A DNA stretch of 54,540 bases from an uncultured delta proteobacterium (GCA_963804955.1 CAWDSQ010000019.1:1-54540), one strand, 5' to 3'. Counted from the stretch's first letter, positions 41,749 to 51,397 are shown. The notes: generated by a model not told the origin, from the letters alone. Program-made: numbers and translations.

Positions 41749-41928
41749 TTGAAAGTAGACGTCGTTGGGAATGATGTTGAGAAAGCTCTGAAAATCCTGA
41801 AACGAAATCTGAGCAGAGACGGTCTTTTTAGAGAAATGCGCAACAGAAAATTTTATGAGAAGCCGTCTGTGAAAAAGAAAAGGAAACAGGCTGCTGCACG
41901 CAAGAACAAAAGAAAAATGGGTTTCTAG
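41749..41928 (+). CDS. rpsU: 30S ribosomal protein bS21
   Basis: TTG start; KVDVVGNDVEKALKILKR..FYEKPSVKKKRK. Confidence 0.9.
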   Translation: MKVDVVGNDVEKALKILKRNLSRDGLFREMRNRKFYEKPSVKKKRKQAAARKNKRKMGF

Positions 41929-42005
41929 TAACGAACCCCATAGGTCTTACGAGAATGCGACAGCAGATAAGCTTTAAAACCAATTAGAGTTTTTTCGCAC
42001 TACAT

Positions 42006-42043
42006 AAAAAGGGCTAAAGAAGCAATTCTTTAGCCCTTTTTTT
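42006..42043 (+). terminator. Bidirectional intrinsic terminator
   Basis: AAAAAGGGCTAAAGAA-loop-TTCTTTAGCCCTTTTTTT. Confidence 0.85.
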
Positions 42044-42097
42044 CTTGGCCGTGCTTTTGGGAAGATGAGCTGTTTCATTGAAAGCCCGCCTATCCGC

Positions 42098-42149
42098 ACC
42101 CTGAAAATAAAATCGCCGGTAACTCGTTAGAATTACCGGCGATTCAAAA
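42098..42149 (-). repeat. Second copy of the tRNA-Leu terminator (direct repeat of 43046-43097)
   Basis: ACCCTGAAAATAAAATCGCCGGTAACTCGTTAGAATTACCGGCGATT. Confidence 0.85.
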
Positions 42150-42195
42150 CTAATGCACGGCAGAACGCAACCCATACACAAAATTTTTTGTAGCT

Positions 42196-42483
42196 TTATG
42201 CAAATTCAAGCCGCAACTTTTTCCCGAGAACGGATGCTGCCTTTTTCAAGGTAAAAAGCGTTACCGATTCATTCTCAGGATCAAGCAACCGATTCAATGC
42301 TGCCCGGCTCGTGTGCATCTTTGTTGCCATTTCAGACTTGGTTAAATGCTTTTGAAGCATCAAATCCTCAAGCTGCAGGGCAAGAACCCTTTTGATGGCA
42401 GCCTCGGTGCATTCCTCATACATACCCTCATCTTTTAGAAAATCATCAAAACGATCTCCTAAGTTTTTTTTGCTTATAGCCAT
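42196..42483 (-). CDS. XRE/HTH antitoxin (HigA-like)
   Basis: FDDFLKDEG..AIKRVLA, HTH TKSEMATKMHTSRAALNRLLDP, VTLFTL. Confidence 0.88.
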   Translation of the reverse strand: MAISKKNLGDRFDDFLKDEGMYEECTEAAIKRVLALQLEDLMLQKHLTKSEMATKMHTSRAALNRLLDPENESVTLFTLKKAASVLGKKLRLEFA

Positions 42484-42509
42484 TACCTGCCTTTGCCTCC
42501 TATCTGTTG

Positions 42510-42845
42510 CTACATGCGTTCCCGCGCAATATCAATATCTCGCTGCGGGGTTTTTTCCGTCTTCTTAATAAATCCGTGCAAAAGAACCATATACCCTTCA
42601 TGGATTGTGAAGAACACGCGGGCAATTCTTTTGTCTGGTAAATGTGATCTCACCTCATGCAGCCCCTTCCCCAGGGGCCTGACCGTAGGCATGCCAAGGG
42701 GCCAGCGGTATTGAACAGTTTTAATATCCTCACCGATTATTTTCCGTACGGCTTTAGGCAAAGCCTTGAGCCATTCCTTCACCGGCTGATTGCCCATGGT
42801 GTTTTTATAGAACACGACTTCAAAAATCGGTTTGTTGTCTGTCAT
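42510..42845 (-). CDS. RelE/ParE-superfamily toxin (HigB/Gp49-like)
   Basis: FY..GNQPVKEWL, WPLGMP, GLHEVR, VLLHGFIKKTEKTP; toxin-first order. Confidence 0.88.
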   Translation of the reverse strand: MTDNKPIFEVVFYKNTMGNQPVKEWLKALPKAVRKIIGEDIKTVQYRWPLGMPTVRPLGKGLHEVRSHLPDKRIARVFFTIHEGYMVLLHGFIKKTEKTPQRDIDIARERM

Positions 42846-43045
42846 AGTATATGTGTACCTATTTTGATACATGATGTCAAGCATTGAATCTACAGGGGAG
42901 CCCCTGGGGCCAGATGGGTGTCAGGCTAACTCAGATAATTCAAACTCTGCTGTAATAGAAGGGGCATATGGCAATATTCCCTTACAAAATACAAAACAAG
43001 CTTGGAAGGAAGGAGTTTAAAGAACACCCGGCGGGAACGCTGGGT

Positions 43046-43097
43046 ACCCTGAAAATAAAATCGCCTGCAACTCGTTAGAGTTACAGGCGATTGAAAA
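43046..43097 (-). terminator. Terminator hairpin immediately downstream of tRNA-Leu
   Basis: AATCGCCTGCAACTC-GTTA-GAGTTACAGGCGATT, followed by a T-tract on the minus strand. Confidence 0.75.
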
Positions 43098-43099
43098 AA

Positions 43100-43186
43100 T
43101 GGTGCCGAAGAAGGGACTCGAACCCCCACGGTGTTGCCACCACAAGGTCCTGAACCTTGCGTGTCTACCAATTCCACCACTTCGGC
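43100..43186 (-). tRNA. tRNA-Leu (CAG)
   Basis: GCCGAAGTGGTGGAATTGGTAGACACG-CAAGG-TTCAGGA-CCTTG, long variable arm, GGGGGTTCGAGTCCC, encoded CCA. Confidence 0.97.
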
Positions 43187-43278
43187 ACGCGATGTCCATA
43201 AGTGTTTGCATTTAAAACTCCTTTCATTTACAATAAATCTTTTTATTTGTCAATCACTTAAAAATGAAGGGTGGCTGA

Positions 43279-43674
43279 ATGCTGAGCTCTGACGGCCGCT
43301 GTTTTGTCTGCGGCAAGGAAAATGCCGGCGGACTGCAGCTTGATTTCAGCTTTACAGAAGACGGATTGAGCGCTGAGACCATTTTTTTGCCCGACGAAAA
43401 ATACCAGGGTTGGCCGGGCATTGTGCATGGCGGCATTATCATGACCGTGCTTGACGAGGTAATGGCCAAAGCCGCCGTACATAAAGGCTATACTGTGGTT
43501 ACCGGCGAGATGACGGTGAAACTTAAAAATCCGCCGAAAACCGGAGAGCCGCTGCGGTGCCGCGGCACCATAGAAAATGTAAAAAAAAAAATCCTCTATG
43601 CCGGCGCCAGCGCCGCCAGAGAGGACGGAACCGTGATTGCCGAAGCAACGGCAAAACTTGTCATCATTGCCTGA
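43279..43674 (+). CDS. PaaI-family hotdog thioesterase
   Basis: CFVCGKEN..GLQL, YQGWPGIVHGGII..LDEVM. Confidence 0.88.
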   Translation: MLSSDGRCFVCGKENAGGLQLDFSFTEDGLSAETIFLPDEKYQGWPGIVHGGIIMTVLDEVMAKAAVHKGYTVVTGEMTVKLKNPPKTGEPLRCRGTIENVKKKILYAGASAAREDGTVIAEATAKLVIIA

Positions 43675-43682
43675 GCACGACT

Positions 43683-44607
43683 ATGCAGATACTGAAAGGC
43701 AGCAGAGAGGCAAAGTCGCTGGGTTTGAAAAACCCGGTGATCACCATCGGCAACTTCGATGGCGTGCATCTTGGCCATCAAAAAATATTAAAAAAAACCA
43801 TTCAGCGGGCGCGCGCCCTGGACGGTGTGGCGGTCGTCTACACGTTTCATCCCCATCCGCTGAAAGTTGTCAGGCCCGAGGCCGAGCCCCAGAGCATAAC
43901 CACGTTTGAGGAAAAGGTCCGCTTGATAGACGGCCTGGGCATTGACGTCCTTGTCTGCGAAAACTTCACCCGGCAGTTTGCCGAACAGCCGCCGGAGGAG
44001 TTTATCAAAAACATTATTGTCGACCGCATTCATCCGCGGGAGATTGTTATCGGCCATGACTATGCCTTCGGCAAAAACCGCAAGGGGTCCATCGAGCTGC
44101 TGCAAAAGATGGGTGAAATATTTCACTTCAAGGTTCATGTCATCGACAATATCACCATCAAAAATATTCCCGTGCGCAGCACAACCGTCCGGCGCTTGAT
44201 AACGCTCGGCAAGGTTTCGCTTGCCGATAAGCTGCTTGGCAGGCCCTATAGCCTTTCCGGCAAAGTGGTGCATGGCAAGCAGCGGCGCATCGGCTTCCCC
44301 ACGGCAAATCTGAGCCCGGGAAAAAACCTTATACCGAAAAACGGTGTGTACGCAATCCGCACCCAAACGCCCTATGGCGTGTTTAATGGTATTGTGAACG
44401 TGGGCTACAATCCCACCTTCGACAATGACAGGCTCACGATAGAGGCGCATCTGTTTAATTTCAACGAAAATCTGTACGGCAGGGACATTATCGATTTATT
44501 TTATTAAGCGCGTGCGCGGCGAAAAAAAATTTGGCGACGTGCCTTCACTGGTAAAGCAGATTGAGCGCGATATTGCCCTTACAAAACGAATTTTGGAAAA
44601 ATATTGA
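43683..44607 (+). CDS. ribF: Bifunctional riboflavin kinase/FAD synthetase (frameshift near 44495)
   Basis: [42 protein letters not shown], then [14 protein letters not shown] in the shifted frame. Confidence 0.93.
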
Positions 44608-44621
44608 AAACAGGAGCAAGC

Positions 44622-45504
44622 ATGAACCATTTAGATCAGCTGGAGAGTTTGAGCGTTCACATACTGCGGGAGGCCTATGCAAGCTTCAAGAATCTGGGGA
44701 TGCTGTGGTCGATCGGCAAGGACAGCACGGTGCTGCTGTGGCTGGCGCGCAAGGCATTTTACGGCCATGTGCCGTTTCCGCTGGTGCATATCGATACGCA
44801 TTTCAAGATACCCGAGATGATACAGTACCGCGACCGGCTGGCCATGGAGTGGGGCCTTGAGATGGTCTACGGCATGAACGAAGAGGCCCTGCGGGACAAG
44901 CAGACCTTCCCGGACGGCACGATAGACCGGATCGCCTGCTGCAGGAATTTAAAGACCATAGCGCTGACCAATACGCTGAGCGGGCAAATGGCCCCGGTAT
45001 GTTTTAAACCATAAGACCGGCACCTACGAAGTGTACAAAAACACGGAGCCCTATACCGGGGTTATTGTCGGGGTGCGGGCCGATGAGGAGGGATCGCGGT
45101 CAAAGGAGCGGTATTTTTCTCCCCGGGACAGGGAAAATCTCTGGGACCTGGGAGACCAGCCGCCGGAGTTCTGGAACCAGTTCAAGACGGACTTTCCGCC
45201 GGGCACGCATTTGCGCATACATCCGCTGCTTGACTGGACAGAGCTCAATATCTGGGAATATATTGAGCGGGAAAACATCCCGACGGTTTCGCTGTACTAC
45301 AATCAGGGAGACGGGAAGCGGTACCGGTCGCTGGGGTGCTATCCGTGCACGACGCCCATAGAGTCTCAATCCCGCAATGTGCAGGAGATTATTCAGGAGC
45401 TGAAAAGCGGGGGCCTGAAGAACATCGCCGAGCGGTCTGGCCGGGCGCAGGACAAGGATGACGGCGGCGGGCTGGAGACACTGCGGCGCGACGGGTATAT
45501 GTAA
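44622..45504 (+). CDS. cysD: Sulfate adenylyltransferase subunit 2 (frameshift near 44990)
   Basis: [45 protein letters not shown]. Confidence 0.93.
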
Positions 45505-45509
45505 AAGAA

Positions 45510-45676
45510 AGAAGCCAGAATTCAGAAGCCAGTATTCAGTGCCCGCGCCAAGGGTCCAGGATTCGGTAGGGGCGTATGGCATGCCCTGTCGTTCGGAAAG
45601 AGATCAAGTTCAAAGCGCAGGGGCAGACCTGTGTGTCTGCCCTGTGTTCGCAGCATACAATACAGAGTACAGAAAA
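45510..45676. repeat. Intergenic repeat cluster between cysD and cysN
   Basis: AAGCCAG/AATTCAG heptamer runs, REP-like GTAGGGGCGTATGGCATGCCC and GCAGGGGCAGACCTGTGTGTCTGCCCTG. Confidence 0.6.
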
Positions 45677-45711
45677 CACGAAGAATGACCCTTCCCGGAA
45701 GAGGATACGAT

Positions 45712-47528
45712 ATGACAGAGCAGCTTGAAAAGCAGAAAATGAATATCGTGATAGCCGGGCATGTGGACCACGGCAAGAGCACGGTCATCGGGCGGCTTTT
45801 GGCCGATACCGGCTCTCTGCCCGAGGGCAAGCTTGCCCAGGTGCAGGAAAACTGCCGCCGCAACTCAAAGCCCTTCGAGTATGCTTTTCTCATAGACGCT
45901 TTGAAGGACGAGCAGTCCCAGGGCATCACGATCGATACGGCCCGCGTGTTTTTCAAAACAGCCAAGCGCAATTACATTATTCTTGATGCTCCCGGCCATA
46001 TCGAATTTTTGAAGAACATGGTAACGGGCGCCTCCCGGGCCGAGGCGGCCCTGCTGGTTATCGACGCGGAGGAAGGCGTGCGGGAGAATTCGCGGCGCCA
46101 CGGCTACATGATGTCCATGCTCGGGATCAAACAGATAGCGGTGCTGGTGAACAAGATGGATCTTATGGGCTACGGGCAGGCAACCTATGACGCCATCGTC
46201 TCGGAGTACACGGCATTTCTGCAGGAGATCAATATCACGCCGGCCTGCTTCATCCCGGTGAGCGCCATGCAGGGAGACAATATCGCGACACCCTGCGGCC
46301 AAGTCCATGCCGTGGTATACGGGCAAAAGCGTGCTTGAGATGCTGGACGCTTTTGAGAAAGAGCCGCTGCCCAGCGGACAAGCCGTTCCGCATGCCGGTG
46401 CAGGATGTGTATAAGTTCACCCGGTTCGGCGACAACCGCAGGATCATTGCCGGCACCATCGAGACCGGCTCGGTCAGGGTGGGCGATGAGGTGGTGTTTT
46501 ATCCCTCGGGCAAAAAAAGCAGGGTAAAGACCATCGAGTGGTTCAACTCCCCGCGAAAGAACAGAGGCAAGCTGCGGCTCTGCCACGGGTTTCACCCTTG
46601 AGGAGCAGCTCTATGTCACGCGGGGCGAGCTGGCGGTCAGAAGCACGGAGCAGAAGCCGCAGGTGTCATCCCGGCTGAGGGTCAACCTGTTCTGGCTGGG
46701 CCGTGAGCCCCTGGTGCAGAAAAAGGATTATATTTTCAAACTCGGGTCCACGCAGGGTTTCGGCGCGGCTTGAAGAGGTAACGCGGGTCATAGACGCCTC
46801 GGACCTGAATGCCGCAGTCGAGCAAGAACCAGATCGAGCGGCATGATGTTGCCGAATGCGTTCTCAAGCTGAACAAGGCCATAGCCTTCGACCCGACTTC
46901 AGATATTGCCGGTACGGGCAGGTTCGTGATCGTTGACAATTACGAAATTCGCGGCGGCGGCATTATCGCCGAAGCTCTGGAGGACAAGCAGAGCTGGCTG
47001 CGGAACACGGTGATGCTGCGAAACTACAAGTGGGAGAAAAGCATCATCGCCCCGGAAAAGCGGGCCGAAAAGTACAACCAGAAGTCAACGCTGCTGCTGC
47101 TGACCGGAGAAAAGCAGGCCGACCGCAAGGCCATTGCCAAGCAGCTTGAAGACAAGCTGTTTGAAGACGGCAAGATCGTGTATTTTCTGGGTATCGGCAG
47201 TGTGCTGTACGGCATCGACGCTGATATCAAGGGCCGCGAGGGCAGCCAGAGGCAGGAGCATATGCGCCGGCTTGCCGAGGTGGCAAATATTTTACTTGAT
47301 GCGGGCATTATTCTGCTGGTGACCGCTGCCGAGCTGACGCAGGATGATCTGGAGATCATGAAGACAACGGTCAGCCCGGACAAGATAGAAACGGTGTGGA
47401 TCGGTGAAAACGTCACCACCGATATTGCCTATGACCTGCGGCTGGCGCAGCATGAGACTGTTGCCGAATCGGTTGATATCCTCAAAGCGCATCTGCAGGA
47501 CAAGGGCATTATTTTCAGGCCGTGGTGA
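45712..47528 (+). CDS. cysN: Sulfate adenylyltransferase GTPase subunit with degenerate C-terminal APS-kinase-like domain (several frameshifts)
   Basis: [41 protein letters not shown]-domain [15 protein letters not shown] lacks the P-loop GxxGxGKS. Confidence 0.9.
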
Positions 47529-47667
47529 ATAAAGCCCATAAGCCTGCATGATGCACATTCCATGTATTCCCCGCTGCTGCCCGGCGGGGAATTTTGTTGA
47601 ATAAAAAAGGGAAACGGGTTAAACAATGTTTTCCCCTAAACACTAATTTCATGCCGTCAAACATTCT

Positions 47668-49056
47668 ATGGCAGACAAAAAAGTACTGATTATCGGCCTT
47701 GACTGCGCAACGCCGCAGTTTGTATTTGACAAGTGGGCAGACCAGCTTCCGACCATTGCATCGCTTATGAAACGGGGCTCCTATGGCCTGCTCCGAAGCT
47801 CTGTGCCGCCCATCACTGTTCCGGCATGGTCGTGCATGATGTCGGGGAAAAGCCCCGGCACGCTCGGCTGCTACGGTTTTCGCAATCGCTGCGACTATTC
47901 CTATGAAGGCATGTCCTTTGCCACCTCGCGGGCCATTAAGGAGGACCGGGTGTGGGATATCCTCTCGCGGGCAGGGAAAAAGGTTATCCTCGTGGGAGTG
48001 CCGCAGACCTATCCGCCCACGCCGGTCAACGGCCTCATGGTCACCTGCTTTCTGACGCCTGACACCTCCTGTCAGTACACGTATCCCCGGGAGCTTGCCT
48101 CCGAGATTAAAGCCTGTGTGGGCGACTACATGCTCGACGTTGACGACTTCCGCTCTGATAATAAAGAGCAGGTGCTTGAGCAGATTTATGAAATGACAGA
48201 AAAACGTTTCAACCTTTTCAAGCATTTTCTGCAGACAAAGCCATGGGACTTTGCCATGATGGTCGAAATGGGGATTGACCGCATGCATCACGGTTTCTGG
48301 AAATACATGGATCAGGAGCATCCCAAATATGAGCAGGATTCGAAATTCAAAGACGCCATTCTTGAGTATTATAAATATATCGACGGTAAAATAGCCGATC
48401 TGCTCACCGCTGTTGATGAGAGCACCGTCGTGTTCATCGTCTCGGATCACGGCGCACGCACTATGAAGGGCGGCTTCTGCATCAATGAATGGCTTATGCG
48501 CGAAGGCTACCTGACCCTCGCCGAAAAGCCGGAAAAGCCCGTGCCCATCGGCAGGGCCAAAATCGACTGGCAAAAAACCATGGCCTGGGGCGAAGGCGGC
48601 TACTATTCGCGCCTGTTTCTTAACGTGAAGGGCCGCGAGCCGCAGGGCTGCATTGAACCGGGTGATTACGAGCGCGTGCGCACGGAACTTATCAAAAAGC
48701 TTGAAGCCACACGCGATGAAAACGGCCGGCTCATCGGCACCAGAGTCTTCCGGCCGCAGGATATCTACTCCGAGATCAATGGCGTGCCGCCCGATATGAT
48801 CATCTACTTCGGTGATCTGGCGTGGCGTTCAATCGGCAGCATCGGGCTTGGCGTCATCCACACAGTTGAAAACGACATGGGGTCCGACGACGCCAATCAC
48901 GCGCAGGACGGCATCTTCATACTGTGCGATCCGCAGCAGCAGGCCTGCCCGGCTGTGAAGCGCGAGGGCCTGAATATTATTGACATTGCCCCCACGGTTC
49001 TGCATCTGTTCGGGCTGCCGGTTCCTGCTGATATGGAAGGAAAAGTAATTATATAA
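47668..49056 (+). CDS. Alkaline-phosphatase-superfamily protein (type I phosphodiesterase/NPP-like)
   Basis: IIGLDCA, PPITVPAW (Thr nucleophile position), DRMHHGFW, VSDHG, DDANH..DGIF, DIAPTVL; no signal peptide. Confidence 0.88.
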   Translation: MADKKVLIIGLDCATPQFVFDKWADQLPTIASLMKRGSYGLLRSSVPPITVPAWSCMMSGKSPGTLGCYGFRNRCDYSYEGMSFATSRAIKEDRVWDILSRAGKKVILVGVPQTYPPTPVNGLMVTCFLTPDTSCQYTYPRELASEIKACVGDYMLDVDDFRSDNKEQVLEQIYEMTEKRFNLFKHFLQTKPWDFAMMVEMGIDRMHHGFWKYMDQEHPKYEQDSKFKDAILEYYKYIDGKIADLLTAVDESTVVFIVSDHGARTMKGGFCINEWLMREGYLTLAEKPEKPVPIGRAKIDWQKTMAWGEGGYYSRLFLNVKGREPQGCIEPGDYERVRTELIKKLEATRDENGRLIGTRVFRPQDIYSEINGVPPDMIIYFGDLAWRSIGSIGLGVIHTVENDMGSDDANHAQDGIFILCDPQQQACPAVKREGLNIIDIAPTVLHLFGLPVPADMEGKVII

Positions 49057-49075
49057 TCAGACAGGTTGGAAGTTT

Positions 49076-49354
49076 ATGTGCACAAAAAATACCGGTATCG
49101 TCCTTGCGTACGTCACGCCGCAGCAGCAACGTGAAGTGGCGGAAGCGCTGACCGCCGAGCTGCAAAAAAGAGGGGCCGGTGCTGTCTGCGTCATAACCGG
49201 CATTGGCGCCGGGGCATCCGCGCAGGAAACCGCGCAGGCGATTATCCATTCGCTTGAAAAAAATGGCCTCATACCGTCGCCGGATGAACCGGTTTATTCA
49301 GAGGATGAAGAGGAAAAAATCCGCAAGCGGCTTGAAAATCTGGGCTATTTATAA
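49076..49354 (+). CDS. Small protein resembling a collapsed APS kinase, with a YSEDEEEKIRKRLENLGYL tail
   Basis: 92 aa; VAEALTAELQKRG and ETAQAIIHSLEKNGLI resemble the first and last helices of CysC; acidic LxxLGYL C-terminus. Confidence 0.65.
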   Translation: MCTKNTGIVLAYVTPQQQREVAEALTAELQKRGAGAVCVITGIGAGASAQETAQAIIHSLEKNGLIPSPDEPVYSEDEEEKIRKRLENLGYL

Positions 49355-49367
49355 GAAGCAATGTTTT

Positions 49368-49554
49368 ATTGATTCTATTGGTTTGATTGGTTTTGTTAGT
49401 TCTATTGGTTCTGTTTGTTTAATTGGTTTGATTAGTTCAAGGATCATACATTTTTTCAGACCAATGCAGTCAATTAACTGATTCAACTAATGTAACGAAT
49501 TGAACCAATGCAACTAATTCAACTAATTCAACTAATCTAACCAATTCAACCAAT
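49368..49554. repeat. Inverted pair of degenerate 9-mer tandem arrays
   Basis: 8 units of ATTGGTTYN-type, a short spacer, then about 11 units of NNAACYAAT-type (reverse complement). Confidence 0.85.
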
Positions 49555-49566
49555 GGAACTTTTTTT

Positions 49567-50422
49567 ATGATTGACCTTCACACACATTCTACGGCATCAG
49601 ACGGCACCCTGTCACCAACGGCTCTTGTGCGCTATGCAAAAGAGCGAAACCTTGAAGCCCTTGCGCTTACCGACCACGATACGGTTGAGGGGCTTGAAGA
49701 AGCTCTTGCTGCCGGCGAGCGTGAAGGCCTGGAGGTCGTACCGGGCATTGAGATCAGCGCAGAGTTCCCGGAAAGCACGCTGCACATTCTTGGCTATTAT
49801 GTTGACTGCACCTGCCCGGCATTTTTGGACAAAATCGCCATTCTTCAGAAAGCCCGAAATGAGCGCAATCCCACCATCATAAAAAAGCTCCAGGCACTGG
49901 GCCTTGATATTACGCTGGAGGAAGTGGCCGTGGAAGCAGAGACAGGCCAGGTGGGGAGGCCTCATTTTGCACAGGTGCTGATGAAAAAGGGCTATGTAAA
50001 AACGCCCCGTGAGGCCTTTGAAAAATACCTTGCCAAAGGCGCCCCGGCCTATACCGACAAGTTCCGTTTTGAACCTGTCGATGCCATAGCCTCTATCCGG
50101 AAGGCAGGCGGCATTCCCGTGCTCGGGCATCCCTTCACACTCAAATATAAAACCCCCGATGAGCTTGACGCTATCGTTGCCGACATGGCGGGCTGGGGAC
50201 TCATGGGCATTGAGGCCTACTATTCCGAACACTACAGAGACGCAGGTGCGTCTGTATAAGGACCTTGCCGAGAAGCATAATCTGCTCATTACCGGCGGCA
50301 GCGATTTTCACGGCCAGAGCATCAAAGGCATCTGCCTGGGAACGGGCAAAGGCAGCCTTAATGTGCCGTATAAGTGCCTTGAAAAGCTCAAGGCGCGCTT
50401 AAAAGACGCCCAAAAGAACTAA
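49567..50422 (+). CDS. PHP-domain phosphoesterase (TrpH/YciV-like; frameshift near 50235)
   Basis: DLHTHSTASDG, ALTDHD, GIEIS, HILGY, GRPH, LGHP, TGGSDFHG. Confidence 0.9.
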
Positions 50423-50428
50423 ATAGCC

Positions 50429-51220
50429 ATGCAGTCATTTTTTGTCAATCTGCCGCTTCGCTATATTGCCAAAGACAGCTGGTATATCGATCAGTTCATT
50501 GAGCGGGGGTTTGCTCCTGAGCTGGGCCTGGATACAATAATCATGTCAGGGGTTGATAGTGCCTGGCACCGCGGCATTGCCAGGCGGCTTACAACAGCAC
50601 ATCTTCCCTGCGCAGTACATCTCCCCTTTTTTGATCTTCAGCCCGGCAGCCTTGATGATTTCATTCTTGAGGCAACGCGCAGGCGCCTTGAGTCTGCGAA
50701 AATAATTTCAGAGATATACGGGCCGGTGCACCTTGTTGCCCATGCAGGATATACCGGGTTGTATGTGGAATTCTACGAGGAGTGGCTGAAACGCGCCCGT
50801 GAAACCTGGGCCCGTTTTATGGACAACTGGCCGGGGCACCCGCCGCTGTTCCTGGAAAATGTGTATGAGAAAAGCACGCAGCCGCTTGTTGATCTCTTTG
50901 CGGGACTCTCCGGCAGAAATACCGGCATGTGCTTTGATACGGGCCACTGGCACAGCTTTTCGGGCGGAAACAAGGCAGGCTCTGTCCGGGACTGGGTGGC
51001 GCAGCTTAAAGGCTTCATTCGCCACCTGCATGTGCATGACAATGACGGAAGCAGCGATCAGCACCTCGGGCTTGGGCAGGGAGCTTTCCCGTGGGAGGCT
51101 TTTTTTGGAGCGCTGTCTGAAAATGCCGTCCGCCATACCATCACCCTTGAGCCGCACTCGCCGCAGGATGTGGAGCACAGCCTGAAGTTTATGAAAAAGC
51201 ATCCCGAATGGTTTGCGTAA
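50429..51220 (+). CDS. Xylose-isomerase-like TIM barrel (sugar phosphate isomerase/epimerase, AP endonuclease 2 family)
   Basis: VHLPFFDL, LENVYE, CFDTGH, HLHVHDNDGSSDQHL, TLEPH. Confidence 0.85.
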   Translation: MQSFFVNLPLRYIAKDSWYIDQFIERGFAPELGLDTIIMSGVDSAWHRGIARRLTTAHLPCAVHLPFFDLQPGSLDDFILEATRRRLESAKIISEIYGPVHLVAHAGYTGLYVEFYEEWLKRARETWARFMDNWPGHPPLFLENVYEKSTQPLVDLFAGLSGRNTGMCFDTGHWHSFSGGNKAGSVRDWVAQLKGFIRHLHVHDNDGSSDQHLGLGQGAFPWEAFFGALSENAVRHTITLEPHSPQDVEHSLKFMKKHPEWFA

Positions 51221-51300
51221 AGCCGTTGCCTCCTGATTTCCTTTACAAACTTTTAGTCATAAGCACCGTGCTGCCCGTATCCTTGAGCCATGCATTTGCC

Positions 51301-51329
51301 TTGACACACAAGCCAGCCCATTTTATAAT
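51301..51329 (+). promoter_or_regulatory. Consensus sigma70 promoter of the diguanylate cyclase
   Basis: TTGACA-17 nt-TATAAT, exact consensus. Confidence 0.8.
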
Positions 51330-51397
51330 TATGCAATTAAATAATAATTTTTTTATTAATTTTAACATAAACCACAATTCCTTCTCAAGGATTGCGA

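Noticed and set aside
42098..43186. Prophage or integrative element at tRNA-Leu
   Set aside because: No integrase or phage genes and no duplicated tRNA 3' end; only a ~0.9-kb TA cassette
42926..43211. ORFs MVELVDTQGSGPC.. and MQTLMDIACRSGGIGRH..
   Set aside because: Translations of tRNA-Leu and its terminator
49368..49554. CRISPR array
   Set aside because: Units are 9 bp, contiguous and degenerate with no unique spacers; no cas genes in the window
12270..50422. Programmed frameshifting, phase variation or mass pseudogenisation
   Set aside because: Indels occur in varied contexts, several per gene, without shared slippery motifs or nonsense codons, and in essential genes; sequencing error is more parsimonious
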